DNA of 64,000 nucleotides, from positions 4,236-68,235 of the forward strand of contig DATHAF010000028.1 of assembly GCA_035296785.1 (NCBI GenBank), read 5' to 3'. Source of the stretch: Gaiellaceae bacterium (GTDB lineage: Bacteria > Actinomycetota > Thermoleophilia > Gaiellales > Gaiellaceae). Within the stretch, counting starts at the first letter, position 1. Each line of letters opens with the position of its first letter. The notes beneath the pieces were generated by a model, which saw only the letters and a program-made list of their open reading frames with translations, did no database searches and was not told the origin of the DNA. Shown here one piece after another: positions 47,064 through 58,925 of this stretch. Made by a program: the position numbers and the translations under genes.

Positions 47064-48384
47064 CGATTCCCGCCTTCGCCGCTTCCCTCAAGCTCTCGGC
47101 TTCGAGTATGCGTAGTTTGCCACGACCGGCGGTGCCCTTCGGGGCCACTGCCGCCTCGAGGCCGAGCTTGGCGCATTCCTCGAGCCGTCGTTCCGCCTGC
47201 GTGGCGGGCCTGAGGCGCCCTGTGAGCGCGATTTCGCCGAAAGCGGCGATGTGCGGCTTGACAGGCGCACCCCGGGCAGCGGAGGCGATGGCGAGCCCGA
47301 TCGCCAGGTCGGCGCCAGGCTCGTCGATGCGCACGCCGCCCGCGACGTTCACGAAGACGTCGGCCTGACCCAGCGCGATCCCCGCGTGCCGCGACAGAAC
47401 CGCGACGATCATCGCGAGCCGCTTCGGATCGACGCCGGTGCCGACGCGCCGCGGCATCGCCAGGTCGGTGGACGCGACGAGCGCCTGAATCTCGAGCAGC
47501 AGCGGCCGAGAGCCCTCCAGCGCGCAGGCAACCGCCGCACCGATCTCGCCCTCGACGGTGCGACCGAAGAGCTCCGACGGCTCGGGCACGCCCACGAGGC
47601 CCGTGCCGGTCATCTCGAAGACCGCGAGCTCGTTGGTGGAGCCGAAGCGGTTCTTGGACGCGCGCAGGACGCGGTGCTCGTGGTAGCGGTCGCCCTCGAA
47701 CTGGAGCACACAGTCGACGAGGTGCTCGAGCACTCGCGGGCCGGCAACCGCTCCGTCCTTGGTCACGTGGCCGACGAGGATCGTCGCGACGCCGGCCTGC
47801 TTGGCCACCCGCAAGAGTCTCGCCGCGGCCTCGCGCACCTGGCCCACCGAGCCGGGCGCGGAGCCGAGCTCCGACGAGTAGAGCGTCTGCACGGAGTCGA
47901 TCACGCAGACCGCCGGGCGCTCCTGCTCGAGGGTCGCGCACACGGTCTCGAGCTCGGTTTCGGCGAGGATCTCGACCTGCCCCGCCCCACCGAGGCGGGC
48001 GGCGCGGAGCTTCACCTGGGCGACCGACTCCTCGCCTGTCACGAGTAGCGCGCGGCGCTCGGTCGACATCGCGGCCAGGGCGCTCAGGAGCAGCGTGGAC
48101 TTGCCGACCCCCGGCTCGCCGCCGACGAGCACGAGCGAGGCCGGCACGAGCCCGCCGCCGAGGACGCGGTCGAGCTCGGAGATCCCGGTCGGGATCCGCT
48201 CGGACTCCTCGGCCTTGACGTCGATGAGCCGGAGCGTCGGCTTCGCGGCGGCTGCGCTCTTCGCCTGGCCGCTGGCTTCCTCGACGAGCGTGCCGAACTC
48301 TCCGCAGGACGGGCACTTGCCGAACCAGCGCCCGGCCGAGTAGCCGCAGTCGGTGCACGCGAACTGGGTTGCCGCCTTCGCCAC
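47038..48384 (-). CDS. radA: DNA repair protein RadA/Sms
   Basis: GTG 48384. Zinc finger CTDCG..CPSCG, Walker A GGEPGVGKST, KNRFG, Lon-like C-terminus. Confidence 0.95.
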   Translation of the reverse strand: MAKAATQFACTDCGYSAGRWFGKCPSCGEFGTLVEEASGQAKSAAAAKPTLRLIDVKAEESERIPTGISELDRVLGGGLVPASLVLVGGEPGVGKSTLLLSALAAMSTERRALLVTGEESVAQVKLRAARLGGAGQVEILAETELETVCATLEQERPAVCVIDSVQTLYSSELGSAPGSVGQVREAAARLLRVAKQAGVATILVGHVTKDGAVAGPRVLEHLVDCVLQFEGDRYHEHRVLRASKNRFGSTNELAVFEMTGTGLVGVPEPSELFGRTVEGEIGAAVACALEGSRPLLLEIQALVASTDLAMPRRVGTGVDPKRLAMIVAVLSRHAGIALGQADVFVNVAGGVRIDEPGADLAIGLAIASAARGAPVKPHIAAFGEIALTGRLRPATQAERRLEECAKLGLEAAVAPKGTAGRGKLRILEAESLREAAKAGIDAERADGG

Positions 48385-48419
48385 CCAGCCATCCTAGGAA
48401 GGGCCGCGGACGGGAACCC

Positions 48420-49328
48420 TCACGAAGCTGGGACTAATCTGCCAAGTTTCCGGCGCCGGCCCGCCGAGACGATCAACAACCCGCAGAGGACGAGCGCGAC
48501 CCCGCCGAGCTGGAGCGCAGACGGGGACTCATCGAGGATCGCCCAGGCGAAGAGCACCGTCAGCACGGGCTGGAAGGTCAGCAGCACCGAAGTCAGCGCG
48601 GCGGGCAGGCGCGGCAGCGTGATCGAGACCAGCAGCCAGCCGAGCACCTGGCAGCTCAGGGCCAGCATGAGGAGGTAGCCCTGCGCGGCCCAGCTCGGCG
48701 CCCAGTCGAGGTTGCCGATCACGAGGCCGATCGGGATGCAGGTCAGCCCGGCGACGAGGGTCGCGTCGAAGAGCGGGCCGGCAGGACGGCGCTGGTCGCG
48801 GTTGCTCTCCCGCAGGACGAGCAGGAAGCCCGCGTACGAGACCGCGGTGAGGATCCCGAAGGCGACGCCGAGGCCCGGGTTGCGCCCGTAGGCCCCCTGC
48901 TCCAGCGCGCCTGAGATCAGGATGACCCCGACGAGCGCAACCGGGATCGCGGCCAGCGACCGGTTCGAGGGCCGCTCGCGCAGGATCGCCCAGGCCAGCA
49001 GGCCCACCAGCACAACCTGCAGGTTCCCGAGTACCGTTGCGAGCCCGGCGCCGACCTCTTCGATGCCCTGGTGCCAGGCAATCAGGTCGACCGCGAAGAA
49101 GACACCGGCGAGCCAGGCAAGCGCGCGCTGCTTGAGAGGCCGCGGCCCGTAGCGGCGGTCCTCCAACTTGGCAAGGAACCACAACGGCGGCACCGCGTAG
49201 AGGCAGCGGAAGACCGCGCCGGTCGAGGGCGACACGTGCGCCACGCGGTAAAGAATCCCGGAGAACGAGAGCGCAACGGCACCCGTGAGCGCGGCCAGGA
49301 TCGGCCGTTCGTACAGCCTGCGAGGCAC
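48420..49328 (-). CDS. EamA/DMT-family transporter
   Basis: About ten hydrophobic segments, two EamA-like halves. GTG 49328. Confidence 0.75.
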   Translation of the reverse strand: MPRRLYERPILAALTGAVALSFSGILYRVAHVSPSTGAVFRCLYAVPPLWFLAKLEDRRYGPRPLKQRALAWLAGVFFAVDLIAWHQGIEEVGAGLATVLGNLQVVLVGLLAWAILRERPSNRSLAAIPVALVGVILISGALEQGAYGRNPGLGVAFGILTAVSYAGFLLVLRESNRDQRRPAGPLFDATLVAGLTCIPIGLVIGNLDWAPSWAAQGYLLMLALSCQVLGWLLVSITLPRLPAALTSVLLTFQPVLTVLFAWAILDESPSALQLGGVALVLCGLLIVSAGRRRKLGRLVPAS

Positions 49329-49338
49329 CCGGCGGAGG

Positions 49339-49521
49339 CTAGCGGCGCCCGAGCAAGCGCCGTGTCGTGCGAATCAGATATCGCACGGAGAGCCCGAGGA
49401 AGACGAGCCCCAGAGCGGCCCGCACCTGCTCGTCGCGGAAGGGCGCGCGGCGGGCGACCTCGTCGGCGACCCGGCCCTTCCAACCCGACAGTGCGGCATG
49501 ACCGACTTCTTCGACCTTCAT
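49339..49521 (-). CDS. 60-aa small protein with one hydrophobic helix
   Basis: GAGGAGG lies 3 nt upstream of the ATG. MKVEEVGHAALSGWKGRVADEV...AALGLVFLGLSVRYLIR. High G/C at third positions. Confidence 0.5.
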   Translation of the reverse strand: MKVEEVGHAALSGWKGRVADEVARRAPFRDEQVRAALGLVFLGLSVRYLIRTTRRLLGRR

Positions 49522-49530
49522 GGGCCTCCT

Positions 49531-51111
49531 CTACCCGTTCGGCGCCGTCGGTAACGCAGGCTCGTCGAAGCCGCCGCCCCGCTCGAGCTCGCGCAGGATC
49601 ATGCGGTCGGTCAGCCACTCCACCGGAGCGCGGTCGTCGGTCAGCGGCTTCCCGCTGGCGCGCACCGGCTCCAGCCGGCTGCGGAAGAGAGGCAGCAGCA
49701 GCGCGACCTCGCCGGACGCTCGGGTCGCCCGGCGCTCGAGCTCGTCGCGCGACACCGGCTGGCGCAGAGCGAACACGACGTCGTTGAAGCGCAGCGCCCG
49801 CCAGCGCCAAGCCTGCGGAAAGGCACTCAGGAGCGTCGTTCCGACCGCGTCGGCGAGCTTGCGGTCGGTGGGCGTCGCGGCCACGTTGACCGCGATCGCG
49901 CCCCCAGGCCGCAGGTGCGCGCGCGCGAGCCGGAAGAACTCCGTCGTGGCCAGGTAGAAGGGCACGTAGGGCTGGCGGTACGCGTCCACGACGATCAGGT
50001 CGTAACGGTTGTTCGTCCGCTCGAGGAAGGGGCGCCCGTCGGCTGCGATCAGGCGGAGGCTCGGGTTGTCGTCGGCCCCGAAGAAGCGACGCGCAACCTC
50101 GTTCAGCTCCGGGTCGAGCTCGACGCCATCGATCGCCACACTGGGGTAGAAGCGCCCGTAGGCGCGCGCCATCGTGGCGCCCGCGTTCCCGATCACGAGC
50201 ATCCGCTGAGGCGGGTGCGAAAGCAGCGGGGGCAGCATCAGGAAGAGGTCCCAGTAGCGGCCCGTGAGCACCGAGCCGGCGCGCCAGGCCGAGTGGGTCG
50301 CGACGCCTTCGTTGAGCTCGAGCTCGCGACCGCCGTGCCCATCGTTGACGACGCGGATGTACTGGTACTGCGACTCCGTCTCGTAGATCGCGCTCTTGAT
50401 CTGGGGCGTAGGGACGACGAGGAGGGCCGCAACCGCCACCGGAGCCAGGAGCCAGGGCCGGCCGAGCAGCAGCGCCGCCCCCGCGGCGACGAAGGCAGCG
50501 GTGCCGATCAGCGTCCGCTGTGTCCCGGCCCACGGGATCGTCACGAGTGCGGCCACGAAGGTGCCGGCGAGGCTGCCGGCGGTCGAGAGCGCGTACAGAC
50601 GGCCGGCGACCTTTCCCGCCTCGGCCACGCTGTCGAGCGCGAGGCGGACGAGGAACGGGGCCGCCGCGCCGAGCGCCGTCACCGGCACGGCGAAGAGGGC
50701 GAGCGCAGCGAAGAACGACCCCGCGACCGAGCCGGCCGAGACCGCGTCGAAGCCGTGCAGCGCCCAGCGCAGGAACGGCCGGGCCGCAAACGGCGTTACC
50801 GCGAGGGCCACCGCGGCCACCAGGAGGATGGCTGCCAACACGCGCGGGTCGGGCCTTCGATCGGCGAGCTGACCGCCCAACCAGTAGCCGAGCGCGAGGT
50901 ACGCGAGGGTCAGCCCGATGATGTTCGCCCAGACGACCGTCGAGGCGCCGAAGTACGGCGCGAGCAGCCGCGACGCGGAGATCTCGGTCGCGAGCGTGCC
51001 GCCTCCGACCAGGAACGCGACAACCCCCAGCCGGAGGCCGACGCTCGAATTCTCAGAGGCGATTGCGATCCGGCCGCGACCGGGTCGACCGGTCAGTTTC
51101 GACGGAAGCAC
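49531..51111 (-). CDS. Membrane protein fused to a spermidine-synthase-like domain
   Basis: About eight N-terminal TM segments, then MLVIGNAGATMA and DLIVVDAY (aminopropyltransferase/SAM-MTase-like fold). Confidence 0.7.
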   Translation of the reverse strand: MLPSKLTGRPGRGRIAIASENSSVGLRLGVVAFLVGGGTLATEISASRLLAPYFGASTVVWANIIGLTLAYLALGYWLGGQLADRRPDPRVLAAILLVAAVALAVTPFAARPFLRWALHGFDAVSAGSVAGSFFAALALFAVPVTALGAAAPFLVRLALDSVAEAGKVAGRLYALSTAGSLAGTFVAALVTIPWAGTQRTLIGTAAFVAAGAALLLGRPWLLAPVAVAALLVVPTPQIKSAIYETESQYQYIRVVNDGHGGRELELNEGVATHSAWRAGSVLTGRYWDLFLMLPPLLSHPPQRMLVIGNAGATMARAYGRFYPSVAIDGVELDPELNEVARRFFGADDNPSLRLIAADGRPFLERTNNRYDLIVVDAYRQPYVPFYLATTEFFRLARAHLRPGGAIAVNVAATPTDRKLADAVGTTLLSAFPQAWRWRALRFNDVVFALRQPVSRDELERRATRASGEVALLLPLFRSRLEPVRASGKPLTDDRAPVEWLTDRMILRELERGGGFDEPALPTAPNG

Positions 51112-51155
51112 GGGTTACGCCCGCGCTTCCTGCCAGCGGCGTCGCAAGCGCCGCC

Positions 51156-53681
<2,526 letters not shown>

Positions 53682-53837
53682 GTCGCTTCCTTCCCCTTCG
53701 GTCCACGGAGTTGCTGAGTGGCCCATCGTAGCGAACGGGTCGGGGGGTAGCGCATCCCCCAAGCGGGCGTTCGACCGCCGTGTCTTTTTGCCTCCAGATA
53801 GTGACAAATAGCCCACACCAAGGATGGGTCGACGCGC

Positions 53838-53975
53838 TTGTTCACACTGCTCTTCGTGGCCGGCTATCTGGCGCTCACGTCGCTCGGACCGCTCTGGGCG
53901 GCCGGGCCGGCGCTGACGAGCTTCGTCGCGGCGATGCTGCTGCTCGCGCGGGGACGCGAGCCGGCCCGCATCTAA
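53838..53975 (+). CDS. Possible 45-aa two-helix hydrophobic peptide (low confidence)
   Basis: TTG 53838: (M)FTLLFVAGYLALTSLGPLWAAGPALTSFVAAMLLLARGREPARI. Nearly uniform G/C at third positions. Weak RBS. Followed by a strong hairpin. Confidence 0.3.
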   Translation: MFTLLFVAGYLALTSLGPLWAAGPALTSFVAAMLLLARGREPARI

Positions 53976-53981
53976 GGAAGA

Positions 53982-54016
53982 GAGCGAGCCGCCCCGGGCG
54001 GCGGGGCGGTTCGCTC
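53982..54016. terminator. 15-bp-stem hairpin (one G-U pair), 5-nt loop
   Basis: GAGCGAGCCGCCCCG-GGCGG-CGGGGCGGTTCGCTC. No U-tract on either strand. Confidence 0.4.
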
Positions 54017-54277
54017 AACCTATGGAACTCAGGCGAGCTCCTCGGGTCAGGCGTTCATTCGGCGGGCGGCCGGGCGGCAACCGCACTCCTGCTCGCCATC
54101 CGGATCGGCGCCCCAGGATCCGAGCTTGTGCAACTTCCCTCATCCGAGGCACTCGTTCGAGGGATGCGAGGTCGCTCCAGTTCGCCCCGTCGGAGTCTTG
54201 CGTCCGGCATCCTGTCCTTCACAGCAAGCGCCGCGGAGCACATCGCCGCACCCTCCCGTGTTGGTTAGGGTGAGCCG

Positions 54278-55294
54278 GTGGAGGCCGCTTCCGGAAAGGC
54301 CCTCGTCACCGGCGGCGCCGGCTTCATCGGGTCGCATCTGACGGAGCTTCTGCTATCCGCGGGCTGGGAGGTCTTCGCCCTCGATGACCTCTCCACGGGC
54401 AACGCGGCCAACGTCGAGCAACTCAAGGACCGACGGGATTACCACCTCGTGGTGGACTCCGTGCTTTCCCCTTCGATCGTCAACGAACTCGTGCACAAAT
54501 GCGACGTCGTCTACCACCTCGCTGCGGCCGTCGGGGTCCGGCTGATCGTCGAGCAGCCGGTGCGCACGATGGTGACGAACGTTCAGGGGACCGAGAACGT
54601 CCTCGACCAGGCGAGCCGCTTCGGCAAGCGCGTCCTCATCGCCTCGAGCTCCGAGGTCTACGGCGACCACCGCGAGGAGCGGCCGCTCTCCGAAGACGAC
54701 CGCCGAGTCTACGGCCCCACTACCGAAAAGCGGTGGCTGTACGCAGACTCGAAGGCCATGGACGAGCACCTCGCGTTCTCGTACCACCTCGAGCGGGGGC
54801 TCGACGTTGTCGTCGTCCGCCTCTTCAACACCGTTGGACCACGCCAGAGCGGCCAGTACGGCATGGTGATCCCACGCTTCGTCGGCGCCGCACTCAGCGC
54901 ACTTCCGCTCGAAATCCATGGCGACGGGACGCAAACTCGCTCGTTCTGCCACGTCGCGGATACCGTCCGCGCACTGAAGGGGCTGATGGATGCTACGACG
55001 ATCTCGGGCGACGTCTTCAATGTCGGCTCGACCGAGCGAGTCAGGATCATCGACCTTGCGGAACGCATTCGCGAGCTGACCGGCTCGCGTTCGGAGCTCA
55101 GCTTTGTTCCCTACGACGAGGTGTACGGCCTCGGGATCGAGGACACCCTCCACCGCGAGCCTGCAATCGGGAAGATCGAGGCGGCCACCGGATGGCGGCC
55201 GTCCCTCGACATGGGTCGGATCCTCGATGACGTGATCGACCACTTCCGCGCTCCCTCGGCCTCACCGGAGCAGGAAGCGATCGAGGCTTCGTAG
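54278..55294 (+). CDS. NAD-dependent sugar-nucleotide epimerase/dehydratase (extended SDR)
   Basis: GTG 54278. VTGGAGFIGSHL and YADSK (YxxxK). Confidence 0.85.
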   Translation: MEAASGKALVTGGAGFIGSHLTELLLSAGWEVFALDDLSTGNAANVEQLKDRRDYHLVVDSVLSPSIVNELVHKCDVVYHLAAAVGVRLIVEQPVRTMVTNVQGTENVLDQASRFGKRVLIASSSEVYGDHREERPLSEDDRRVYGPTTEKRWLYADSKAMDEHLAFSYHLERGLDVVVVRLFNTVGPRQSGQYGMVIPRFVGAALSALPLEIHGDGTQTRSFCHVADTVRALKGLMDATTISGDVFNVGSTERVRIIDLAERIRELTGSRSELSFVPYDEVYGLGIEDTLHREPAIGKIEAATGWRPSLDMGRILDDVIDHFRAPSASPEQEAIEAS

Positions 55295-55307
55295 CTGTGG
55301 AGAGCCG

Positions 55308-55868
55308 CTGAGCGAGAGCAGCCTCCGCGTTGCCTTCATCTGCACCGGAAACCGCTTTCGGAGCCCCCTGGCGGCGGCGCTGCTGGCCGAGCGGACGAGA
55401 GAGCTGCCAGTGGCGGTCACCTCCCTCGGGACGCTCGAGCTCGGACCGGTGCCGGCTCTTCCTGAGGCGGTGAAGATCGCCGAGAGTTATGGCCTCGACC
55501 TCTCGAGCCATCGCGCGCAGAGCATCGCCGGCGTCAATCTTGAAACTTGGGACCTCGTGGTCGCTTTCGAACGCATGCACATGGCTGCCGCCGTCGTCGA
55601 CGGTGGCGCGCGGCTGGAGCAGACCTTCACACTTCCGGAGCTTCTCGACCTGCTCGACGCGCTTCCGGAACCATCCCGCCAAGGGGAGGCGATGAGCCGG
55701 GCGCGAGCACGAATCCAACTGGCGCATTCGGCGCGTCCTGACGAGCACAGGAGGAACACTGTTCCGGAAATCGCCGACCCGCTCGGTAGAGCGCCGGAGG
55801 TCCAGCGCCGAATAGCCGAAGAGTTACGAGCGCGTGTGACCGAACTCTCGCGACGACTCTTCAGTTAG
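55308..55868 (+). CDS. Low-molecular-weight protein phosphatase (LMW-PTP family), proposed CTG start
   Basis: P-loop CTGNRFRS (55341-55364) and EIADPLG. The frame is open from 55236, but the first ATG/GTG/TTG is only at 55410, downstream of the P-loop. CTG 55308 follows GGAGAG. Confidence 0.7.
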   Translation: MSESSLRVAFICTGNRFRSPLAAALLAERTRELPVAVTSLGTLELGPVPALPEAVKIAESYGLDLSSHRAQSIAGVNLETWDLVVAFERMHMAAAVVDGGARLEQTFTLPELLDLLDALPEPSRQGEAMSRARARIQLAHSARPDEHRRNTVPEIADPLGRAPEVQRRIAEELRARVTELSRRLFS

Positions 55869-56977
55869 CTCTTGCGGCGAGCTTCCCAGCGATCGAGCGT
55901 CCCAGCCGCAGTGCCCGCCCAGCCGCCTCGCTCGTCGATCCAGGCGAGCAGGCGACGGTAGACCTCATCGAAGCCGCTCGAGAGCCGCGGGTGGTGCGAG
56001 GGCGGGTGCCATAGCAGCGCGACCGCTCCGCCGTGCTCGGCAACAGGTTCGAGCGCCGCGACAGCCGCCTCGTAAGCACCTTGTGGGCCGAGCGCGAGAT
56101 AGCGCTCCTCGGCCAGGGTCGCATCCATCACGGCAAGCGGCAGCTCCCACCGACCCGGCTCCCGGCGCTCGGGATCCCAGAGCCTGTACGGGTACGGCGT
56201 GCCGGCACGCAGTCCCGGTAGCGACGCCCAGCCGATGCTCGAGTCATAGCGCAGGCCCGACTCGCGCAGCTCGGTGGCGAGGCGCTGGGGAGCGCTGCGG
56301 AGGTAGTGGTGCCTCAGGCCCTGCGCGTCGGCGAGCGGCTCGGCCTCCTCGGCGATCGCGCCCGGCCGCTCGCGGGCGCGGTAGGACGCGTGCAGGCCGA
56401 CCTCGAGCCCGGCCGCGGCGGTCTTCTCCAACGCCCTATCGAGAGCCGGCCGGTAGCGCTCCGGGTAGCCATCGTGCGGGTCCTCCTGGTGGGTGAGGAA
56501 GAAGCACGTCGAGCCGCGCCCAGCCTCGGCGTCGAGCATCGCCTCGAGCGGAAAGGCCGGGTCGCCGCGCCGGAGGGCATCGAGGGCGAACGCGGCACCC
56601 TCCCGCACGTGCTGCTTCGAGCGCCGCAAGATCCCGCCGCCGAGCTTGCGCGCGGCGGTCAACGGCCCGCCCGCGCCGAGCAGGTCGACGTCATGCGTGA
56701 GCGCGACCAGGAACCGCTCGCCGCCGGGATAGCCGCGCCGCTTCACCCCGTGCCGCTGCCCGAGCGCGGCAGCCAGCTCCGCGACACGCGGGCCGGGCGG
56801 CCGCTCGGGCGGGAGCGGGCGGCCGTGCTGGTCGAGCCCGGCCTCGCGCTCGCCGGCGAGGGTCAACAGCCCGAACGCCTCGTCGAGCTCCTCGGGCCGG
56901 GCGGGCGCCTTCTCGTCGAACGGCAGCCCGAGTGCGTCCAGCAGCGCATCGAGCGCGTAGCGCCGCTCCGGCTCCAC
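55865..56977 (-). CDS. Polysaccharide-deacetylase-like protein (weak call)
   Basis: GTG 56977 (TAGTG junction with lysS). ALTHDVDLL and GLHASY give a CE4-like impression by eye only. Confidence 0.45.
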   Translation of the reverse strand: MEPERRYALDALLDALGLPFDEKAPARPEELDEAFGLLTLAGEREAGLDQHGRPLPPERPPGPRVAELAAALGQRHGVKRRGYPGGERFLVALTHDVDLLGAGGPLTAARKLGGGILRRSKQHVREGAAFALDALRRGDPAFPLEAMLDAEAGRGSTCFFLTHQEDPHDGYPERYRPALDRALEKTAAAGLEVGLHASYRARERPGAIAEEAEPLADAQGLRHHYLRSAPQRLATELRESGLRYDSSIGWASLPGLRAGTPYPYRLWDPERREPGRWELPLAVMDATLAEERYLALGPQGAYEAAVAALEPVAEHGGAVALLWHPPSHHPRLSSGFDEVYRRLLAWIDERGGWAGTAAGTLDRWEARRKS

Positions 56978-58362
56978 TACTCGCGGGGCCGCAGCGCCGG
57001 AAAGAGGATCGCGTCGCGGATCGCCTCACGCCCGGTCAACACCATCGCCAGGCGGTCGATCCCGAGGCCGAGGCCACCGGTGGGCGGCATCCCGTAGGCC
57101 AGCGCCTCGACGTAGTCCGGATCGCCAGGCTCGCCGCCGATCTCCGCTGCCTGCTGCGCAAACCGCGCCGCCTGCTCGTCGGGATCGTTCAGCTCGCTGA
57201 AAGCGTTGCCGAGCTCCATTCCGCCCACGAAGTACTCGAACCGCTCGACGATCGAGGGGTCGTCTTCGGTCGCGCGGGCAAAGGGCGATAGCTCGAGCGG
57301 GTAGTCGTAGAGAATCGTCGGCTGGATCAGCTCCGGCTCGACGAAGTGGCTGAGCGCGTGATCGACGAGCTGCGTCCAGCTTCGGTCCTGGTTCGTCTCC
57401 ACCCCGCGCTCCTCGAGCCGCGAGCGCAGGTCGGCCTCTTCGCGGGTCCAGAGGCCGAGCTCCTCCAGTGCGTCGATGAGCTTGAGCCGTCGCCAGGGCG
57501 CCTTGAGGTCGAGTTCGTGGCCGCGGAAGGTGACCTGCGTGCCGCCGGTGGACTCACGGGCGACCGACTCGACGAGGTCCTCGATCCGAGCCATCGTGTC
57601 CGTGTAGTCGGCGTAGGCCTCGTACCACTCGAGCATCGTGAACTCGGGCGCGTGCTTGTACGAGATGCCCTCGTTGCGGAAGTCCTTGCCCAACTCGTAG
57701 ACGCGCTCGAGCCCGCCGACGATCAGGCGCTTGAGGTAGAGCTCGGTGGCGATCCGGAGGTAGAAGTCGGCGTCGAGCTCGTTGTAATGCGTCACGAACG
57801 GCTCTGCGAAGGCGCCGCCGTAGCGCGGCTGCAGAACCGGCGTCTCGACCTCGAGGAACCCGCGCTCGTCGAGATAGCGGCGGACCGCGCTCACCATGCG
57901 GGTGCGCAGCGCGAAGTCGGCGCGCGTCTCCTCGTTCACGAGCAGGTCGAGGTAGCGCTGCCGGTAACGGGTCTCGACGTCGGTGAGCCCGTGGAAAGTG
58001 TCGGGCAGCGGCTTCTTGATCTTCGCGAGCAGCTCGAGCTCCTCGACCGTCAGCGAAGGCTCGCCCCGCTTGGAGCGGCCCGGCTTTCCGGTGGCGCCGA
58101 CGAGGTCGCCGAGGTCGAGCCCTTGGCTCGCAGGGGCGATCAGCTGAATCCGTCCCGAGCGGTCAACGAGATCGAGGAAGGCGAGCTTGCCCATGTCTCG
58201 CCGCGCCATCACGCGGCCGGCAACGCGATGCTCGGAGCCCAGCGTCTCGCCCGGCTCGGCCTTCTCGGCTTCCGCGCGGACCGCGGCGATCTCCTCCCGG
58301 TCTGGAAACCGCTTCGGCAGCATCACGCTGCCGAGTCTAAGGCGGTCGCTTGCGACGCCCAC
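56977..58362 (-). CDS. lysS: Lysyl-tRNA synthetase (class II)
   Basis: FRNEGISYKHAPEFTMLEWY and GGLGLGIDRL. Start 58362 or ATG 58323. Confidence 0.9.
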   Translation of the reverse strand: MGVASDRLRLGSVMLPKRFPDREEIAAVRAEAEKAEPGETLGSEHRVAGRVMARRDMGKLAFLDLVDRSGRIQLIAPASQGLDLGDLVGATGKPGRSKRGEPSLTVEELELLAKIKKPLPDTFHGLTDVETRYRQRYLDLLVNEETRADFALRTRMVSAVRRYLDERGFLEVETPVLQPRYGGAFAEPFVTHYNELDADFYLRIATELYLKRLIVGGLERVYELGKDFRNEGISYKHAPEFTMLEWYEAYADYTDTMARIEDLVESVARESTGGTQVTFRGHELDLKAPWRRLKLIDALEELGLWTREEADLRSRLEERGVETNQDRSWTQLVDHALSHFVEPELIQPTILYDYPLELSPFARATEDDPSIVERFEYFVGGMELGNAFSELNDPDEQAARFAQQAAEIGGEPGDPDYVEALAYGMPPTGGLGLGIDRLAMVLTGREAIRDAILFPALRPRE

Positions 58363-58399
58363 CAGAGAGGCCGTACCGGCTTCTGCCGGTGGGGCGGTT

Positions 58400-58873
58400 C
58401 TAAGCGGCTTTGATCTCGAGGATCTTGAACTTCATCGAGCCGCGCGGAGCGGAGACCTCGACCGTCTCACCCTTCTTCTTGCCGATGATGGCTTTGCCTA
58501 CCGGCGACTCGTTCGAGAGCTTGTTCTCGGCAGGATTGGCCTCGGCTGAACCGACGATGCGGTACTCGACCGTCTGCTTCGCTTCGAGATCGCGCAGCCT
58601 GACTCTCGAGCCGATCGAGACCACGTCCTTCGCGACGTCCTTCTTCTCGATCACGCGGGCGTTGCGCAGCCGCTCCTCGAGCGTGGCGATGCGGTGCTCG
58701 AGCAGGGCCTGCTCGTTCTTGGCGTCGTCGTACTCGGCGTTCTCGGCAATGTCGCCGAACTCGCGGGCGACGCGGATACGGTCCGCGACCTCGCGACGCT
58801 TCTCTGTGGAGAGAAATTCGATCTCCTGCGTGAGCTTCTTGAACCCCTCTGGAGTGAGGATTACGTCTTTCAA
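58400..58873 (-). CDS. greA: Transcription elongation factor GreA
   Basis: TTG 58873 after AGGAGG. KDVILTPEGFKKLTQEIEFL...NAEYDDAK. Confidence 0.9.
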   Translation of the reverse strand: MKDVILTPEGFKKLTQEIEFLSTEKRREVADRIRVAREFGDIAENAEYDDAKNEQALLEHRIATLEERLRNARVIEKKDVAKDVVSIGSRVRLRDLEAKQTVEYRIVGSAEANPAENKLSNESPVGKAIIGKKKGETVEVSAPRGSMKFKILEIKAA

Positions 58874-58925
58874 CCATTCCTCCTAAAGAAAAACGCGCGG
58901 CGCAAGGGCGCCGTCGCGGGCGCGG

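Noticed and set aside
46868-50533. Long minus-strand alternate-frame ORFs (46868..48358 and 49082..50533) rich in Arg/Pro/Gly
   Set aside because: They are out-of-frame overlaps of radA, the EamA gene and the spermidine-synthase-like gene. The composition is typical of wrong-frame GC-rich DNA and no motifs are present.
53723-53736. ClgR-like operator half-site (minus-strand GTTCGC-TACGA-TGG) upstream of clpC
   Set aside because: Only the GTTCGC half matches the GTTCGC-N5-GCG pattern I recall. The second half is TGG.
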